From Lama guanicoe (taxonomy: Eukaryota): DNA of 64,000 nt. The stretch is from contig MU053802.1 in the NCBI GenBank assembly GCA_013239625.1, positions 17,363 through 81,362 of the forward strand, written 5' to 3'. Below the pieces are notes generated by a model that ran no database searches, was not told the origin of the DNA, and saw only the letters and a program-made list of their open reading frames with translations. The position numbers were made by a program, and so were the translations under genes. The first letter of the stretch is position 1, and each line of letters begins with the position of its first letter. This document shows positions 37,115-51,131 of the stretch, piece by piece.

Positions 37115-37206
37115 GTAAGAACATTCTTCATCTGCTTCTGAATGAGGTCTTTAGAGTTCCCAGAAATGAATGCTAACTGTAGCTCATTTTTTATTGGAAT
37201 CTCTAG

Positions 37207-37334
37207 GCTGTCCTCCACCAGGTTCTCCTCACATAAAGGCAAGATTGGTGGTAAAGTTCATGTGAAAGCCTCAGTCGTGACACTGAAATACAAGTGGGGG
37301 TCTGTGACTCAGCAAAATGTGGGGCTTGTGAAAG
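37207..37334 (+). pseudogene. HERC2: HERC2-like exon
   Basis: KIGGKVHVKASVVTLKYKWGSVTQQNVGLVK. Confidence 0.92.
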
Positions 37335-38823
37335 GTCATAGTACCTAGGCAGGAAAGCGCTGGGTGTTGGCCTTTCATCAACTGATGTAAACTAGGGCAG
37401 GAAAAACAAGAATTAAGCAAACCTTATGATATAAAAATAGTGTCCTCTGCTTGTCAGTGCCCTCACGACCAGGAGCAGCCCTGCTGTTGAGGAGTCAGGT
37501 GTGTTAACTCCCTGCAACGTGGGAGAATGCACCATGGAGAAGGCGGCATCTCCATAAGTGTGTGAATGTGACAAAGTCTAATGAGTTCGCATTGAGTATT
37601 TGGGGGAGATTTCAAGGAATTGGGGTAATTCTAAGAATGGATGTGTTAATAAATATTCCCTGGAAGTGGAGGGCAACTGAGTCAGGATGAGGTCATGATG
37701 GGCAGGGAAGCAGTCGGTCATACTCGCCAGGAGGGGACTGTGGTTGGGATTCGATTGGATGTGACTGGACATGTTAGAGTGGTTTTGTTTTCATCTTGAT
37801 CTGTCACAGTCTCAGGCTGACCTTGTCTCATATTGGGGTTCTTGCTCTGTCAGTCATTCTGCCAAATGGCCAGCTCCCTCAGTGTTTTTCTATTTTTATT
37901 AATGCTGTATAAAAATTTAGGGCTGAGTTTAAGAAATGGAAATGTAGAAATGATGGGTGTTAAGACCTGGAAACACAAAATTCTCCTCAATTTATATTTA
38001 ATGTGATATTGTTGAGATTTCAAATCACATGGCATACTATGTCCATTTTAACAGTTGCAAGAAAAATAATTAAATATATGCGTAGTTTTATTTTGTCTTT
38101 GAGCTTTTTCAGTGCCATTTTTGCTTTGTTTTGTTACAGCTTTGTGGAAAGCCATCTTTCTGCCAGATAGCTTCGATTAGAAATGGCCACAGTGGTGGTA
38201 CTTCCTCAGTGGGCAGGGATGTTAGAGTTTTTTAAGTTACTTAAGAACAAATGGCTTATTTAACATTTTATTTTGGTTTAACATTTTGCTTCAGTTAAGA
38301 GATTCTTAAAAGCTTTACAAATCAAAACAAAGATAGATTTCAAAAATAACAACTTGGTTTAGAAGTTAATGTTTTCAGTAGCTTTCACCAAAGGGCAAGA
38401 GATACCTTAACATTATTAATATAATTTTTATTCCCTAAGTTACTGAATGGAGTTTTTGGTTGGTGTAATTAAAAACAAACAAATAAACCTTCAATAAATG
38501 GATAATTTCAAACAGATACAAAAGTTGAGATTATAGTATAATGAGCTTCCGTGTGCCCATTACCTGACTTGAGCAGTTGTCAGCTCCTGGCCAAACCATT
38601 CACCCATGGTCCTCTGCTTCCATTATTTTGAAGCTAATCCCTGATTGCCATCATGTGTTAGTTGACCCAGAATTATCTTAGTATGTCTCTCCCAGAGAAA
38701 AGTTCTTTTTGTACAACACAGAAAACTGTAATAAAATATCACGTGGTTAGGTATAGTTTTAATTTTAATTTTCAGTTTTTATTGGTGAAAGAGGTGTTAC
38801 AGACAATTTCTATTCTGTCCTAG

Positions 38824-38929
38824 CTGTCAGTGCCAATGGGAAAGATGTTATTGTCAACTTCCCTCAGTCTCACTGAACTGCGCTCTCATCAGACATGGAG
38901 TTGGTACCCAGTGTTCATCCTGGTATGAC
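38824..38929 (+). pseudogene. HERC2: HERC2-like exon, stop and dead donor
   Basis: VSANGKDVIVNFPQSH*TALSSDMELVPSVHPGMT; donor ATGAGT. Confidence 0.9.
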
Positions 38930-39045
38930 ATGAGTTTTTATTTTTATGTTGCTGGATTTGTTTGGGAGGAATGGCTTTCTCTGGAATCAAGTTTAACCAA
39001 GGACCTCATCTTTTTCTTATCAACCAATGGCTATTTAAAAAATAG

Positions 39046-39179
39046 GTGTGATGGCTGTGAGATGTTTCCTATCAATGGATCTCAATTCAAGTACTGTGAT
39101 GACTTTGATTTTTGTGAAATGTGTTTCAAAACTAGGAAACACAACACCAGGCATATGTTTGGCAGAACAAATGACCCAT
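39046..39179 (+). pseudogene. HERC2: HERC2-like ZZ zinc-finger exon (last HERC2 exon present)
   Basis: CDGCEMFPINGSQFKYCDDFDFCEMCFKTRKHNTRHMFGRTNDP; second CxxC collapsed by an in-frame deletion. Confidence 0.94.
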
Positions 39180-39519
39180 GTATGGTAAATGATTACGTTC
39201 TCTTTCCACAAAATTTATTAGTGAGATAATTATTGTGGAAACAAAGTTACTTAGTTTTGATCTTTAAAGCTTGTGCTTAAATGGTGAGCACTGTACTCTG
39301 TGCACAGTGAAACAGGAAAGCTGGTCCTACCCACCTGGTGAATTACTAGTTTTTTACGAGCAATGAGGGGGTCCCTGGAGCTAGAATAGTGGGGTTTGTT
39401 CACTTGTATTTCCATAGAAAAACAGTAAAAGGATCTCAAGAAACTAGTAAATATTTTCTTGGATGGGATGTGGAATTGGAGAGATGGAGAGGGAGTCTTT
39501 TTATTTGTGTGTCTTTTAT

Positions 39520-40165
39520 TATTTATTTTATCACTACGGCAGAATATAGATAACATAAAATTTGCCAGTTCAGTCACTTTTAAGTGTATAATTATGGGAA
39601 TTTGCACATTAACCCCACTATTTCTAAACTCTTCACCACTGCAAATTAGGAAGGGATCCATTAAGGAATAACTCCCCTTTCTTCCCTCTACCAACCCCTG
39701 GCAACCTCTAATCTGCTTTCATCTCTGAATTTGACAACCCTAAGTACCTCTTATAAGTGAAACCACTCAAAATTTTATTTTCTGTGTGTCTGAGTTATTT
39801 CAATCTGCATTGTGTTTCCAGGGTTCATCCATGTCATAGCATGTGTCAGAACTTCATTTCTTTTTGTGGCTGAGTAACATTTCATTGTGTGTATATACCA
39901 CATTCTGTTTATCCAGTCATCTATTATGGACATTTGGGTTGTTTGTACCTTTCAGCTCTTGTGAATAACATTGCTGTCAACATTGGTGTATGAATCTGTT
40001 TCAGTCCCTGTCTTCAAAACTAGGAGTGTAATTGCAGGGTCATTAGGTAGTTCTTTAACTTTGGGGAGGACTGCTAACATGTTTTTTATAGTGGCTGCAC
40101 CATTTAACATTTCTTTCAGCAATATGTGAGGGTTCCAGTTTCTCCACATCCTCACCAACATTTGT
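39520..40165 (-). mobile_element. Old L1MB-like 3' end
   Basis: 'acccctggcaacctctaatctgcttt', 'ggttcatccatgtcatagcatgtgtcagaacttcatt', 'gttccagtttctccacatcctcaccaaca'. Confidence 0.85.
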
Positions 40166-40209
40166 TTCTTTTCTCATCTCTTTTCTTTTCTTTCTTTCCT
40201 CCCTCTCCA

Positions 40210-42100
40210 ATATAAAATCTGAATGGTCATATTAAAGACATATTACCTTTAATTGAAAAACCTACCCACAAAGAAAACTTCAGGTCCAGATGATTTCACC
40301 AGTGAATTTACTACAGAAGGATAATTATGACCAAATTGAATTCCAGGAATCCACAGTGTATGGCTTACTATTCATAAACCAATCAGTGTAGTTCATCACA
40401 TTAGCTGAGTAAATCAGAAAACTCATGTCATTTCAATGGATGCAGAAAAAGCATTTAATAAAATTCAGCATCTGTTTGAGGAAAAAGTTTTAGCAAACTA
40501 GGATTAGAAGGGAATTTTTTTAACCTGATAGTCGTTCTCAGTTAAATACCTACAGCAACCATGATACTGAAGAGATACTGAAAGCTTTCTTTCTGAGATT
40601 GGGAATAAGGCAATAGCACCTGTATCTCCTCTTCTAATCACCACTGTATTGAAGGTCCCAGCAAGGAGAGTAGGGCAAAGGGAAGAGGGGAAAAAACTAT
40701 TGAAGTCCCCAGTTTTGCTAGGAGTCACTTATTAAACAGTGCAGATAAATCCATCATTGCAGAACATTCTGCTGGACAGCACTGTTTGAGATAATGCAGA
40801 TTCAATCAAAACCCCAGCATGAGTTAGTTTATTTTGGTGAATTTGATGAGCTAATTCTAAAACATAGATGAACACACAAAAGGCTAAGGGTAGGCAAAAT
40901 ATTCTTGAAGAAGAACAAAATTCTCAACTAGATATTTAAACTTCTGAATCTGTTATAATTTAGACAACGTCTGGTTCTTAGGCAAAGACATAAGAAATCT
41001 AGGTAAGTCTGTATCCAGCAGATCAAAGAATCCAAAAACAGATCCAGGCATATGTGGGTATATGATTTATGATAAAGATGACATTACAGGACATTGGGGA
41101 AAGTTTGTCCTTTTAACAATTAGTTCCTAGTTAATTGGATGTCAGTTCTGGGAAAAGTGAAACTTGATTACTATCACAAACACAGAAATCAGATCTAAGG
41201 GCATTGCCCGTCTCCAGGTGTGAATGGTAAAACTGAACTTTTGGAAGATAACAGAATTTCTTCATGACTTTAATATAAGGAAAGATTTCTTAAAACAGCA
41301 AAAGAACTAACTTTAAATCAAAAGTTGGTAAAACTAAGAGATCACATTCATAAAAAAAATAACACTAAGAGAGTGACAATGCAAGGCATCTGTAATCAAT
41401 AAGGGCTTACATCCAAAATACGTTAAAAATAGACTTTTTAAAAATGTAGAAATTTGTACAAAAAAGACTCTTCATAGAAAAGTGGAAAAACAATCTGGGC
41501 ATTTCACACAAGTGGCCAGTAAATAAATGAAAAGGTGCTCACAGTCATCAGGAAAACACACTAAAATCACAATGAAGTACCAATACACTGTTGTGGCTGA
41601 AATTAGAGATACTGATGACTCCAGGTGTTGGTGAAGGAATGGAGTGGAGCACAGGGAATTTTCATAAACTGCTAGGGAAAATTTAGATAAAAAAACAAAA
41701 AAATAGGACAGCATCTCTGTATGCAGAAAGACGTATAACAAAAATCTTCCCAGTGGCAGTATTAATAGCTCTGAACTGGAAATAACGCAATGTCAGTCAA
41801 AAGAAGAATGGATAAATAAATCGTCACCTGTTCATACAGTGGGGTACTATAAAATAACGATAATGAGCAAACTGTAGTTTGTTTAAACAAATACACTTAC
41901 ATAAAGTTAAAACTAATCTGATTATGGAGGTCAGGATGCTAATGAATTTTAGGGGAGAGAGAATTCAGCATTGACTGAGGGGTTGTGAATCAGTGATGGG
42001 GTGGTTCTGGGAAGACGGCAGTTTTTATTATTCCTGCCTGACAAGTTCAGTTGATGATAATTGTTTAAGTTGTATTCTGATTTCTGTATTTTTATATGTA
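40210..42100 (+). mobile_element. Ancient L1M(E-like) ORF2-3'UTR remnant
   Basis: 'gatgcagaaaaagcatttaataaaattcagcat' (DAEKAFxKIQH RT motif) and later decayed ORF2/3' motifs. Confidence 0.75.
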
Positions 42101-43605
42101 TAACAAACAAGTTTAAACATAGTATTTAATAATAGCACTGATAATAGAAATCAAAATTAATCTTTTTTAAGAAGTGGTTATTATGTGCCGGGTTCTATTC
42201 TGTGTGTCTACTTGTGGTATCTCATTTAAACTTTGTGACAGACCTAAGGGACTGGGGTTAGTGTAAAAACACCTCTGCTGGAGGCAGGGAAACTAGGGCC
42301 CAGAGTGGCTGTCCTTATGATGCAGGGCTTTAGTCTTTTTACTGTTTATTTCTGAGTTGTTTGTATATCAAGGATCTCAGTTCTTTTCATATATATTTTT
42401 ATTTATTTATATTCCTTCCCAGTTTTCTTTTGTTTTTAACATGCAGAGATTTAAGCATACACCCCCCACCCCCACACCGATTATTTGAGATTTAGATTTC
42501 CAGTTGTTTGCTATTGCAAACAGTACCAGGTTATATATTGTTTCCTAACTGTCTTTGTGCACAGCATCTACTATTTCCTTCAGATATAATCCACACCCCC
42601 TTTTAAACTGAACAGAGTTGCTCCACATAATTGAGTTAACTGAATGTATTTTAAATTCTGATTAATGAGTTGTTTAGACAAGTTACCCCATTTGCCATGA
42701 AGATGTGGTCCTTTTACATGTTCAGCAGATGTTTATCAGTCATACACTCTGGGTCAGTTAAGGGCCTCGTGCTGTGAAGGAGGGACGGAGGCCGAGGTCT
42801 AAAAGCAGAGCTAACACAGGTGATGTGCACATGTAAGCGGGGGTGAAGACTTGAGATTTGCACTTTAGAAAGGCCACTGTAGCCATCTCACTGAAGAAAT
42901 ACAGAATTGCAGATGGGCACGGTAAAGGCAGAGCGAACTGTTAGGGATCTTTTGCAGTTGTCTGAGTGCGGCATGGGGTGACGGAGGCGGGAAGGAGAGG
43001 TGGTATCCGAGTGTTCTGCAGGAGGTGGGGTCAGCAAGGTGGGACTGTTACTCATGTGAGGTGGTCTGTGGATGAAAAGAGCTCTACTGTGACTCCCAGA
43101 GCCTTGATTCTGATTGACTCGGTGGGAGACAGTGGCATTCGCTGTGGGAGAATATAGAAGTGGAACTTCTATTTTAGGGGGAGTTGAACTTTGTTGTCTT
43201 TAGTTTGCAGAATCCGTGTGACATTCAGGTAGAGGTTGTACTCTCCACAAGAAGGGCGCTCGTCTCTTCATCGTGACTGAACTGTCAGTGCAGTGACTGC
43301 AGCAGATGTTAAGCTAGCTATCAATGCCAGAGCTGTTCTCAGTACTTTACACGTAGTAAAGCACTCAGCCTTCACCACAGCTGTTTGAGGTACATATTAT
43401 TATCATTATCAGGACATTAGGTGTGCAAGGCCACCCAGCTGGTGATGTGTGGAGCTGAAATTTCAAACTGTAGCAGCCTGGCTAAGAGTCTGTGCTCTTC
43501 ACTTTTGGACCAGTGCTGGTGTGTGTTCTGAAATAAGTCAGCTTGAGAAAGAGTACCATGGTGCTGAACAGTATGGTGAGAGTTCACTGGTTTACTTAAA
43601 AAAAA

Positions 43606-44487
43606 AACAAACAGGTATTCTGGGCCAGTGTTGGTTGACCAGGGTTTTATGCTTTGCCTTCTGGCTTTAGTTTGTGATTGAAAGTTTTGTTGATTGTAAG
43701 AAGAAAAGTCTTTCTCTTTTCTTAAGGAAAAAGTAACTCTTGTTAGTTAGCTAGCAAGTACTTTTGTGGACCAGAATGTTAATTTTCCATGTCTACCATG
43801 AAAAATCATGACCCTGGTCTCAGCCTACCTGCAAAATAGTTATTGATTGTTCATTTTGTGGCAGGCTTGCCTGGTCTAGGTTCTCTTGGGACTTTGTAAG
43901 AAGCATCCAGAGGAATACAGCAGCCTGTGAATTTATTTCCATGTATTGTGTGCTCAGCCTTTAATGACCTGTATCAGTGGCAAGCATCATTAGAACAAAT
44001 TTCTCACCTGCTTTGGAGGATGCTAGGGAGATTGATTGCTGTACACAACAAACAGGTATTCTGGGCCAGTGTTGGTTGACCAGGGTTTTATGCTTTGCCT
44101 TCTGGCTTTAGTTTGTGATTGAAAGTTTTGTTGATTGTAAGAAGAAAAGTCTTTCTCTTTTCTTAAGGAAAAAGTAACTCTTGTTAGTTAGCTAGCAAGT
44201 ACTTTTGTGGACCAGAATGTTAATTTTCCATGTCTACCATGAAAAATCATGACCCTGGTCTCAGCCTACCTGCAAAATAGTTATTGATTGTTCATTTTGT
44301 GGCAGGCTTGCCTGGTCTAGGTTCTCTTGGGACTTTGTAAGAAGCATCCAGAGGAATACAGCAGCCTGTGAATTTATTTCCATGTATTGTGTGCTCAGCC
44401 TTTAATGACCTGTATCAGTGGCAAGCATCATTAGAACAAATTTCTCACCTGCTTTGGAGGATGCTAGGGAGATTGATTGCTGTACAC
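43606..44487. repeat. 441-bp direct tandem duplication
   Basis: 43606-44046 and 44047-44487; no mismatch seen by eye. Confidence 0.97.
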
Positions 44488-44868
44488 CTGTCAGGTGTAA
44501 AGCAGAGCCTCAGCAGTGTTCCTTTGAATTGATTTCTAAAGAGCTGCCCCACTGGACAGGCCTGATGCAGGCATTCAGAAATTACTTTTGCAATTTACAG
44601 TTCTGAACTGATGAAAATCTCATATGTGAAAATGAGTATTAAAGTTGTTTCCATTGTTTTACAGAAAAATGTGTTTTAAGATTTTCTCTTAAAACAGATT
44701 TACAGATATTCACTCTAAGCACTACTGTATTCTATACCATTTAACGTACAACAGTTGTGTTGAGTATCATATTCTTGTTGGTAGTATTAAAGGTTTTTAA
44801 TATAATTGAACATCCTAAAGTTCTTAATTTAAAGAACCATCACATAGGTCAGAAGGTACAAACATTAG

Positions 44869-45099
<231 letters not shown>

Positions 45100-48000
45100 G
45101 TAAGTTTATGACGTATCAGAAATTATTTGTTGGGATGGTCATTTATTCCTTAAAATGATGTAATAGAAAACAGGCAAATACCTTAATGGTTTTCAGTTTT
45201 ACGTGTCACATGGGACTTCAGATGAACAAAATACAATGTTAAGTTTGCATTAAAATTTTTGTTGGTTTTTTTCTCTTTCCCCTGTGTTTTTCACTTTAAT
45301 TAAAAAACACATATAAACAAGCACATTCTCCCATTTTGCAATAAGGGGGAAAGTTATTTCTAAAGGATATTAGTTAAACTGAAAGCTTATTTTTAGGGAA
45401 AGAAGGTTAAGTAGAAAAATATAAGTTACAGGAAAACAAGTCAGATTCCATTATAGCAAACTTACGGAGCTGATTTTATGTTGTTATAAACTACTTTATA
45501 CACATACCTACAAATAAACGTGGAACTCCTTAAAATTAATGTAAATTAGTTACGCTGCTCATTCTAATATTCAGACTTGAGATTCAGTAGTTTTTCATAA
45601 GAATAGTATACAGTGAATAAATGCTGAACCCTCTTGACATACATACATATATGCATGTGTGTATGTATTTTTAATATCTTCCTGAATTAACTGCATCTAC
45701 TATGTTGATTTTTGGTTTGGGAAGATTTTTTTTTTTTTTACCAGCTATAGTTGTGGTAAAGTTTCTTTCCCCCTGAGGTTGAGTGTGTGATGAGCACTGA
45801 AAGTGGCTGTTTTTCCATGTACTTGGGAATTTGGTTTGCCACTGTTTATTTAGGTCTTTTAATATGATCAAAAACTTGGAAAATTTCAGAGTGTTTCTTT
45901 TACTGGATTATTTGAGGGAAATTAGTTTTTCCTAACTTAATATGTGGTTTTAATAAGCTATTGGCTACAGTTAAGTAACGCCATTATTTCAGGACACCCT
46001 TTTATGTATTAAAATAAAATATTGTCAATAGTGGACCTGATTCTACATTTATAAAATGTATTACAGCATGTAAGTAACATTCACAATAAAATAGTAAGAT
46101 AAATTATGGCAGGACTTAAGAATTCTTTTATGCAGTAAATTGAGGAATTGTATGTTTGAGAATTAGAGTAGTTGGTCAAAACTGGAAAGTGTGTGTGTAC
46201 CAGAAGAAAATTCTCTGGACTCCCACACAGTAGTAACAGCATAATGAGCCATCTGCATTGTACTTGTAAGAAGCAAGTATGTTTGGATTCATTTTCCCGC
46301 TTGTTCAGAAGCAGCCTATCAGGCAGGCTGCCTGTTTTCAATCTGTTTTGCAGCTGAAGGGACTGAGCTCCCATTTGTGATCTCTCCAAGTACGTAGGCA
46401 GTAGACCCTGGGGTCCAGCCCAGGCTTCTTTCTTTTTAGATACAGTTCTCTTTCTGCTCTAACACCCAGCATGTGCAAAGGACTAGGAAAAAACCCAGTC
46501 CTTTAAAGTTATTTTTATGGTTGTATTATTGTAGTAGATAATCTAGTTAGTTAGCAAAGTACCTATTTTTAGATACAACTAACATCTTATTTGTGGATTA
46601 TTTTCAAATAAGAGATAAGTTAATTTAGTATCCATTTTAAGCTGTAAAATATTTTTAGATTAAAATTGTGTAAAAAAAAATCTTTAAGTAATAATATTCA
46701 GCCAGATATTTTTTGCCAAACTCCAGAAGTTTCTGAACCAAAGGCAGTCAGATTAAAAGCTTTCTTCTAACTGAAGTGTAAAACACTAAAACTGTGTGCT
46801 GATGTGGCCTGGTCTACCAGACGTGGGTTCCAGATCTTGAGTCATGATCTAGTTGTGTGATTTGAGTCAGGCCACATGGACCCTTCTCTCTGTTCCTTGA
46901 ATGTAAGGTTGGACTAGACTCAACATCCCCCCAACCCAAGTGCCTTCTAGCTCTAAACTTTGGTAATTTCATTATTTGATTTCCACTGTTTCTTGTTAAT
47001 CATCCTATCAGTGTCTTTTCAATAAGGTTTATTGTACAAGTAAATTGAAATGAGCTTACTTGAACATTTCATTTCTGGTAATTAACCTTTCTAATATGAG
47101 TGTGTATCATATAAATTTAAACACAGTTTTGTTCAAAAGACAAATGTAGTAAAAGTGTAGAAAAGTATGGTTGCTGTTTGGAATGCTGAGCCAGTTTGGG
47201 CTATTACAGTTTTCACGGCACCTTTCATGGTTCTTAAACTGTGTGTTCTGCATATGTGTTGTGTATGCTGTTCAGCTTTATTAATAGGTCTCAAGATAGC
47301 AAGAATGGCAGGATATAGTGTTTCTTACTCTTTACTATATATAAAAATATGAGGTAAATGTAAATAAAATGGATGGAATAGGTATTATTAAACTAAGAAA
47401 CAATTTTTTAATGAAGTCCTGGCACTTACACTATGGAATCTTTTCAGGAAAAAAGATTGTTTTAGCTCTTGTAACTAATCTAAGCAGGAGGTGAGAACTA
47501 CTGCCTTTTTTTTTTTTTTTTTTTGTTTTTGTGATCTATGTCTTCACACGGAAAGGTCAGGAGATTTAGAGCCTCGGGGGTGTGGCTGTTTTGGGCTCCC
47601 AGAGCCAGATAGCTGAGGCAGCAGGATAATTATCTCAGCAGCAATCTCTTTTGCAGGGAGGATGTTGAGCAGCGGTGTGGAGGGGAGCTTGCTACCTGAA
47701 GCAGCTTGGTGAGCTCCTGGGTCCTCTGAACCACTGGGTTTTTTCACCCAGCTGGGGAAGGGAAGAAGGGAGCTTGTTACATTACATTGTCCTGACTTTG
47801 TGACTGTGGAAGTTGGAAGTGGACAAAGCATCAGATGCTTAGGGCTGGTTTGAGTTTGAGTATAAATTTGTAACAGTGTATTTGGAAAAATTATTTTCTA
47901 ATTCTGGATTTGTGATTATGGCATTACAGTAGTGAAAAACAGAAAATTTTATTATCTAACATGAAATCACAATGAAAGTTAGTGAAGAAAGTGTTGTTTA

Positions 48001-50998
48001 GTTTGTAGGAATTAGTTTGTTCTTCCCACATGTTTTGAGCACCTACTCTTTACAAGGCACTATTGGAAGCACTGAAGTACAGTCTGATCCAAAGGCCAAT
48101 TTTTTGTGGATGGAATGCATCTGGTTTATATATACATATGTTCCTGAAATAGTAACTTCTGTTGCCAAAAGTATGTAAGAAAAGTAAGATATTTAGAATT
48201 AGCTAATCAACTTGGCCTTGTAGGCGGTTTGGACAGTTGTGAAAAGGTTAGCAGTGTCACGACATGCCAGGTGCATAGTGCACACTTACACACTGTGTGT
48301 GTAAAAATGTGGTAGTCAGAATTACTTTCATAGACAATTTCAGATCTGTGCAGTACATTAAAAAATGTTTTTTTGATTGTGTGATTTTGGTGTTTAAAGT
48401 GAGCATAGTTGCTCCTGGAAAGATGTAGCCATTCATTCTTTTTTCCAGTGTTTGAAATACCTGTGGAGTTGTAAGTGGGCAAGTTGAAAACTTAAACATA
48501 TTTATAGTTTTGAACATAACTAATTTTAATAAATGCATATGTTTATTTTATTGGTATATATTATGCATGGCTCAATTATTTTGCCCAACAGATAGCCTAA
48601 AAACGATTCCACCAAGAAGCTAGAATACACTCCTAAAATTAACAGGGAGCCCCTGGCCCAGTGCTGTGATTCAGAGCGTGCGGCTGGGCGTGAGTCTGCC
48701 TTAGTTCTCTTCTCATCTGTGTTATTTTACTGGCTCTAGGACCTTGGTCAAGTAACATTACCTCAGGAACACAGGTTTCTCATGTGTAACATGGTGATAG
48801 GAGCATTACTTATTTTCATGAGACTGTTGAGATTACATGAAAGATGTAAAAATTTGCATGACCATAATATGGTGTATAGCAAACACTTGCTGCTACAGTT
48901 ACTATTTTGTTAACTACTTAAGTAACTCATTCATTTCTAATGGTAGTTATACCTTCTGTCAACTCTTACTACAGTGGTAATGAAGTATTTCACTGGTGCG
49001 GATTTTGTGAAACCTCACAGTGAGGCTGCACTCCAGTAGTCTAAGAAGGGTCTTGCCGAGAACATTACCTGCTTGAAAAGAATGCCAGTGCTTAAAAAAC
49101 AGGAAAGGGAATAGATTATGAGAAACTGTTTCATTACCTTAAATGCTTACAGCTTCATTTGCATGAAAATAATTGACATGCTTATACTGATATTGTCTGT
49201 TCCTTCAGTCTCCAAGGACTGGTATGAGAGCCAAATACTCTGTGAACCTAGTTGTACCTGTTTATATTTTAAAAATAAAACAATATGTATTTTAAAAATT
49301 AATTCAGATTATCTTACTATATTTTCAGACAAATAGTTGTAATCAGTTTGTCCCTTGAACCTTATTTGGAACTTTGAGAAAGAGAGATCATGGGAAAAGA
49401 TTATCATTAACTGAATACAGTAATTCAGTGAATTTGCTATCCGGGTAACAACTTTTAGAATTGAGTACAGATGCAGAGGAAGCTGATGTTAAGATCAGTT
49501 TGCTCACTGCTGTGGTCCCTCCAACTTCTCATGCTGCAGGGATGGTGATTCCTTTCTGTTCCATCCACTGTTACCTCTGCCCACCTCTCTTCTTTTTTGT
49601 TAGTGTGAGTTAACTTGGTTAATCTTCACAAGACTCCAGACATTTCTGTCAGGCCTCAGTGTGATGTGCTTGCTTTCTCTTTTCCCCTCAAATTGACCAG
49701 AGTATCCTTTGAAAGGGGCTGCATCAGGGGCTCCTGGCTCAGCAGATTTTGCTGGCATAAATGTCTGTAAGAAAGCTAGACAGGAATCCAAGGGTGGCTA
49801 GTGGTAGGGACTGTAGGTACCCTGATGTAATTAATTGGTTTTGAGAATCAGGGTCTCTTGGTTGCAAGAATCCCCACTGGGAACCCCTTTACCGAGGCTT
49901 GCCACGTGGCAGAGTCAGGTGGGAACAACAACCCAGCATCATTGGCATGCTAGCTGCAGAGCCCCTGGGTGTGCTTGTGTATGGAGGACATTCGTGTTCC
50001 TGCTCCAGCCCCCATCTAGCAGGAAGCTCACAGTTGTACTCTGACTGCTTACTGGATGATGAAAGACATGGTTTAGCATTGTGCTGGGAGTACAGCTGAA
50101 ATGAGTTTTTTAAAAGAAAGTTTCATTAGCTTTAAGGTGTCCTCTGGAACTTATTTGTGGTCAGCTATTAGTGTAATCAGAAGTAGAGATACTGGTATTA
50201 TGGATTCATTCATTTATTCAACAGATATTTATTAAAGAACCTACTGTGTGCCAGGCACTGTTGTAGGCAAAGGTAATACAACATTGAACAAAATCCCTGT
50301 GCCACATGGAGTTTTCTTTGTAGTGGAAGGAGAACAAATCAAAACCAGTAAATAAACCAATGTATACTAGCATGTCAGGTGGTGATAACTCAGCAGGGCG
50401 GGGGCCAAGGGAATGTGGAGGGCAAGCCCAGATGCGTCAGGTGGAGGGCATGCTTTACTCAATTATGCTAAAGAAGTAAGTGCAGATTTCAGCCTTGCTT
50501 ACGTTATAGGCAGACGCTTGTTGGAGGGCAGGCTCTGTGGGTGTTGGGAGCTGCACTTCTGCAGCACCAAACTCCATCTCTGCCCTGTGATCAGCTTGAT
50601 TCATGGTGCGAGCTGGGTCCTAAAATCTTACCTTAGGAGGCTGGAAGATGAATTAGTCTTTGCCTGCTGTGAACCAGGTCAGGCTTAAGAATAATTCAGA
50701 AGTTTTTCCTCAGCTAATTGTATGGTGGAGAAGCCCTCTTGGGCAGCATATCATGCATGTCTCCTGAACCAGGGGTATGTCTATAATGCTGTTATTTAAT
50801 TTGGGGAACAGAACTGAAGCCTTGGGCAGCTGGACATATTATATTCTCATTACATTTATTTTTCTGGTGGTTGTCTTCATTGGATTCCAGTTAAACGAGA
50901 TAACTGACACTTCTAATGTAGATGCCTTTTTTTTTTAAGAATACATATACACAGGTTACAAAAGAGGGAATTCATGCCAGTACAGTATAAAGTGCTAG

Positions 50999-51131
<133 letters not shown>

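Larger units (their letters stand above)
19576..39179 (+). pseudogene. HERC2: Unprocessed partial HERC2 pseudogene (14 exons; MIB/HERC2, UBA-like, CPH and ZZ regions)
   Basis: Ordered intron-separated exons translate to recognisable HERC2 peptides ([57 protein letters not shown]). Many stops, frameshifts and broken splice sites; no upstream exons or DOC/RLD/HECT exons in the window. Confidence 0.96.

Noticed and set aside
19576..39179. Functional HERC2 gene
   Set aside because: Multiple stops, frameshifts, dead splice sites, missing internal exons and no flanking exons.
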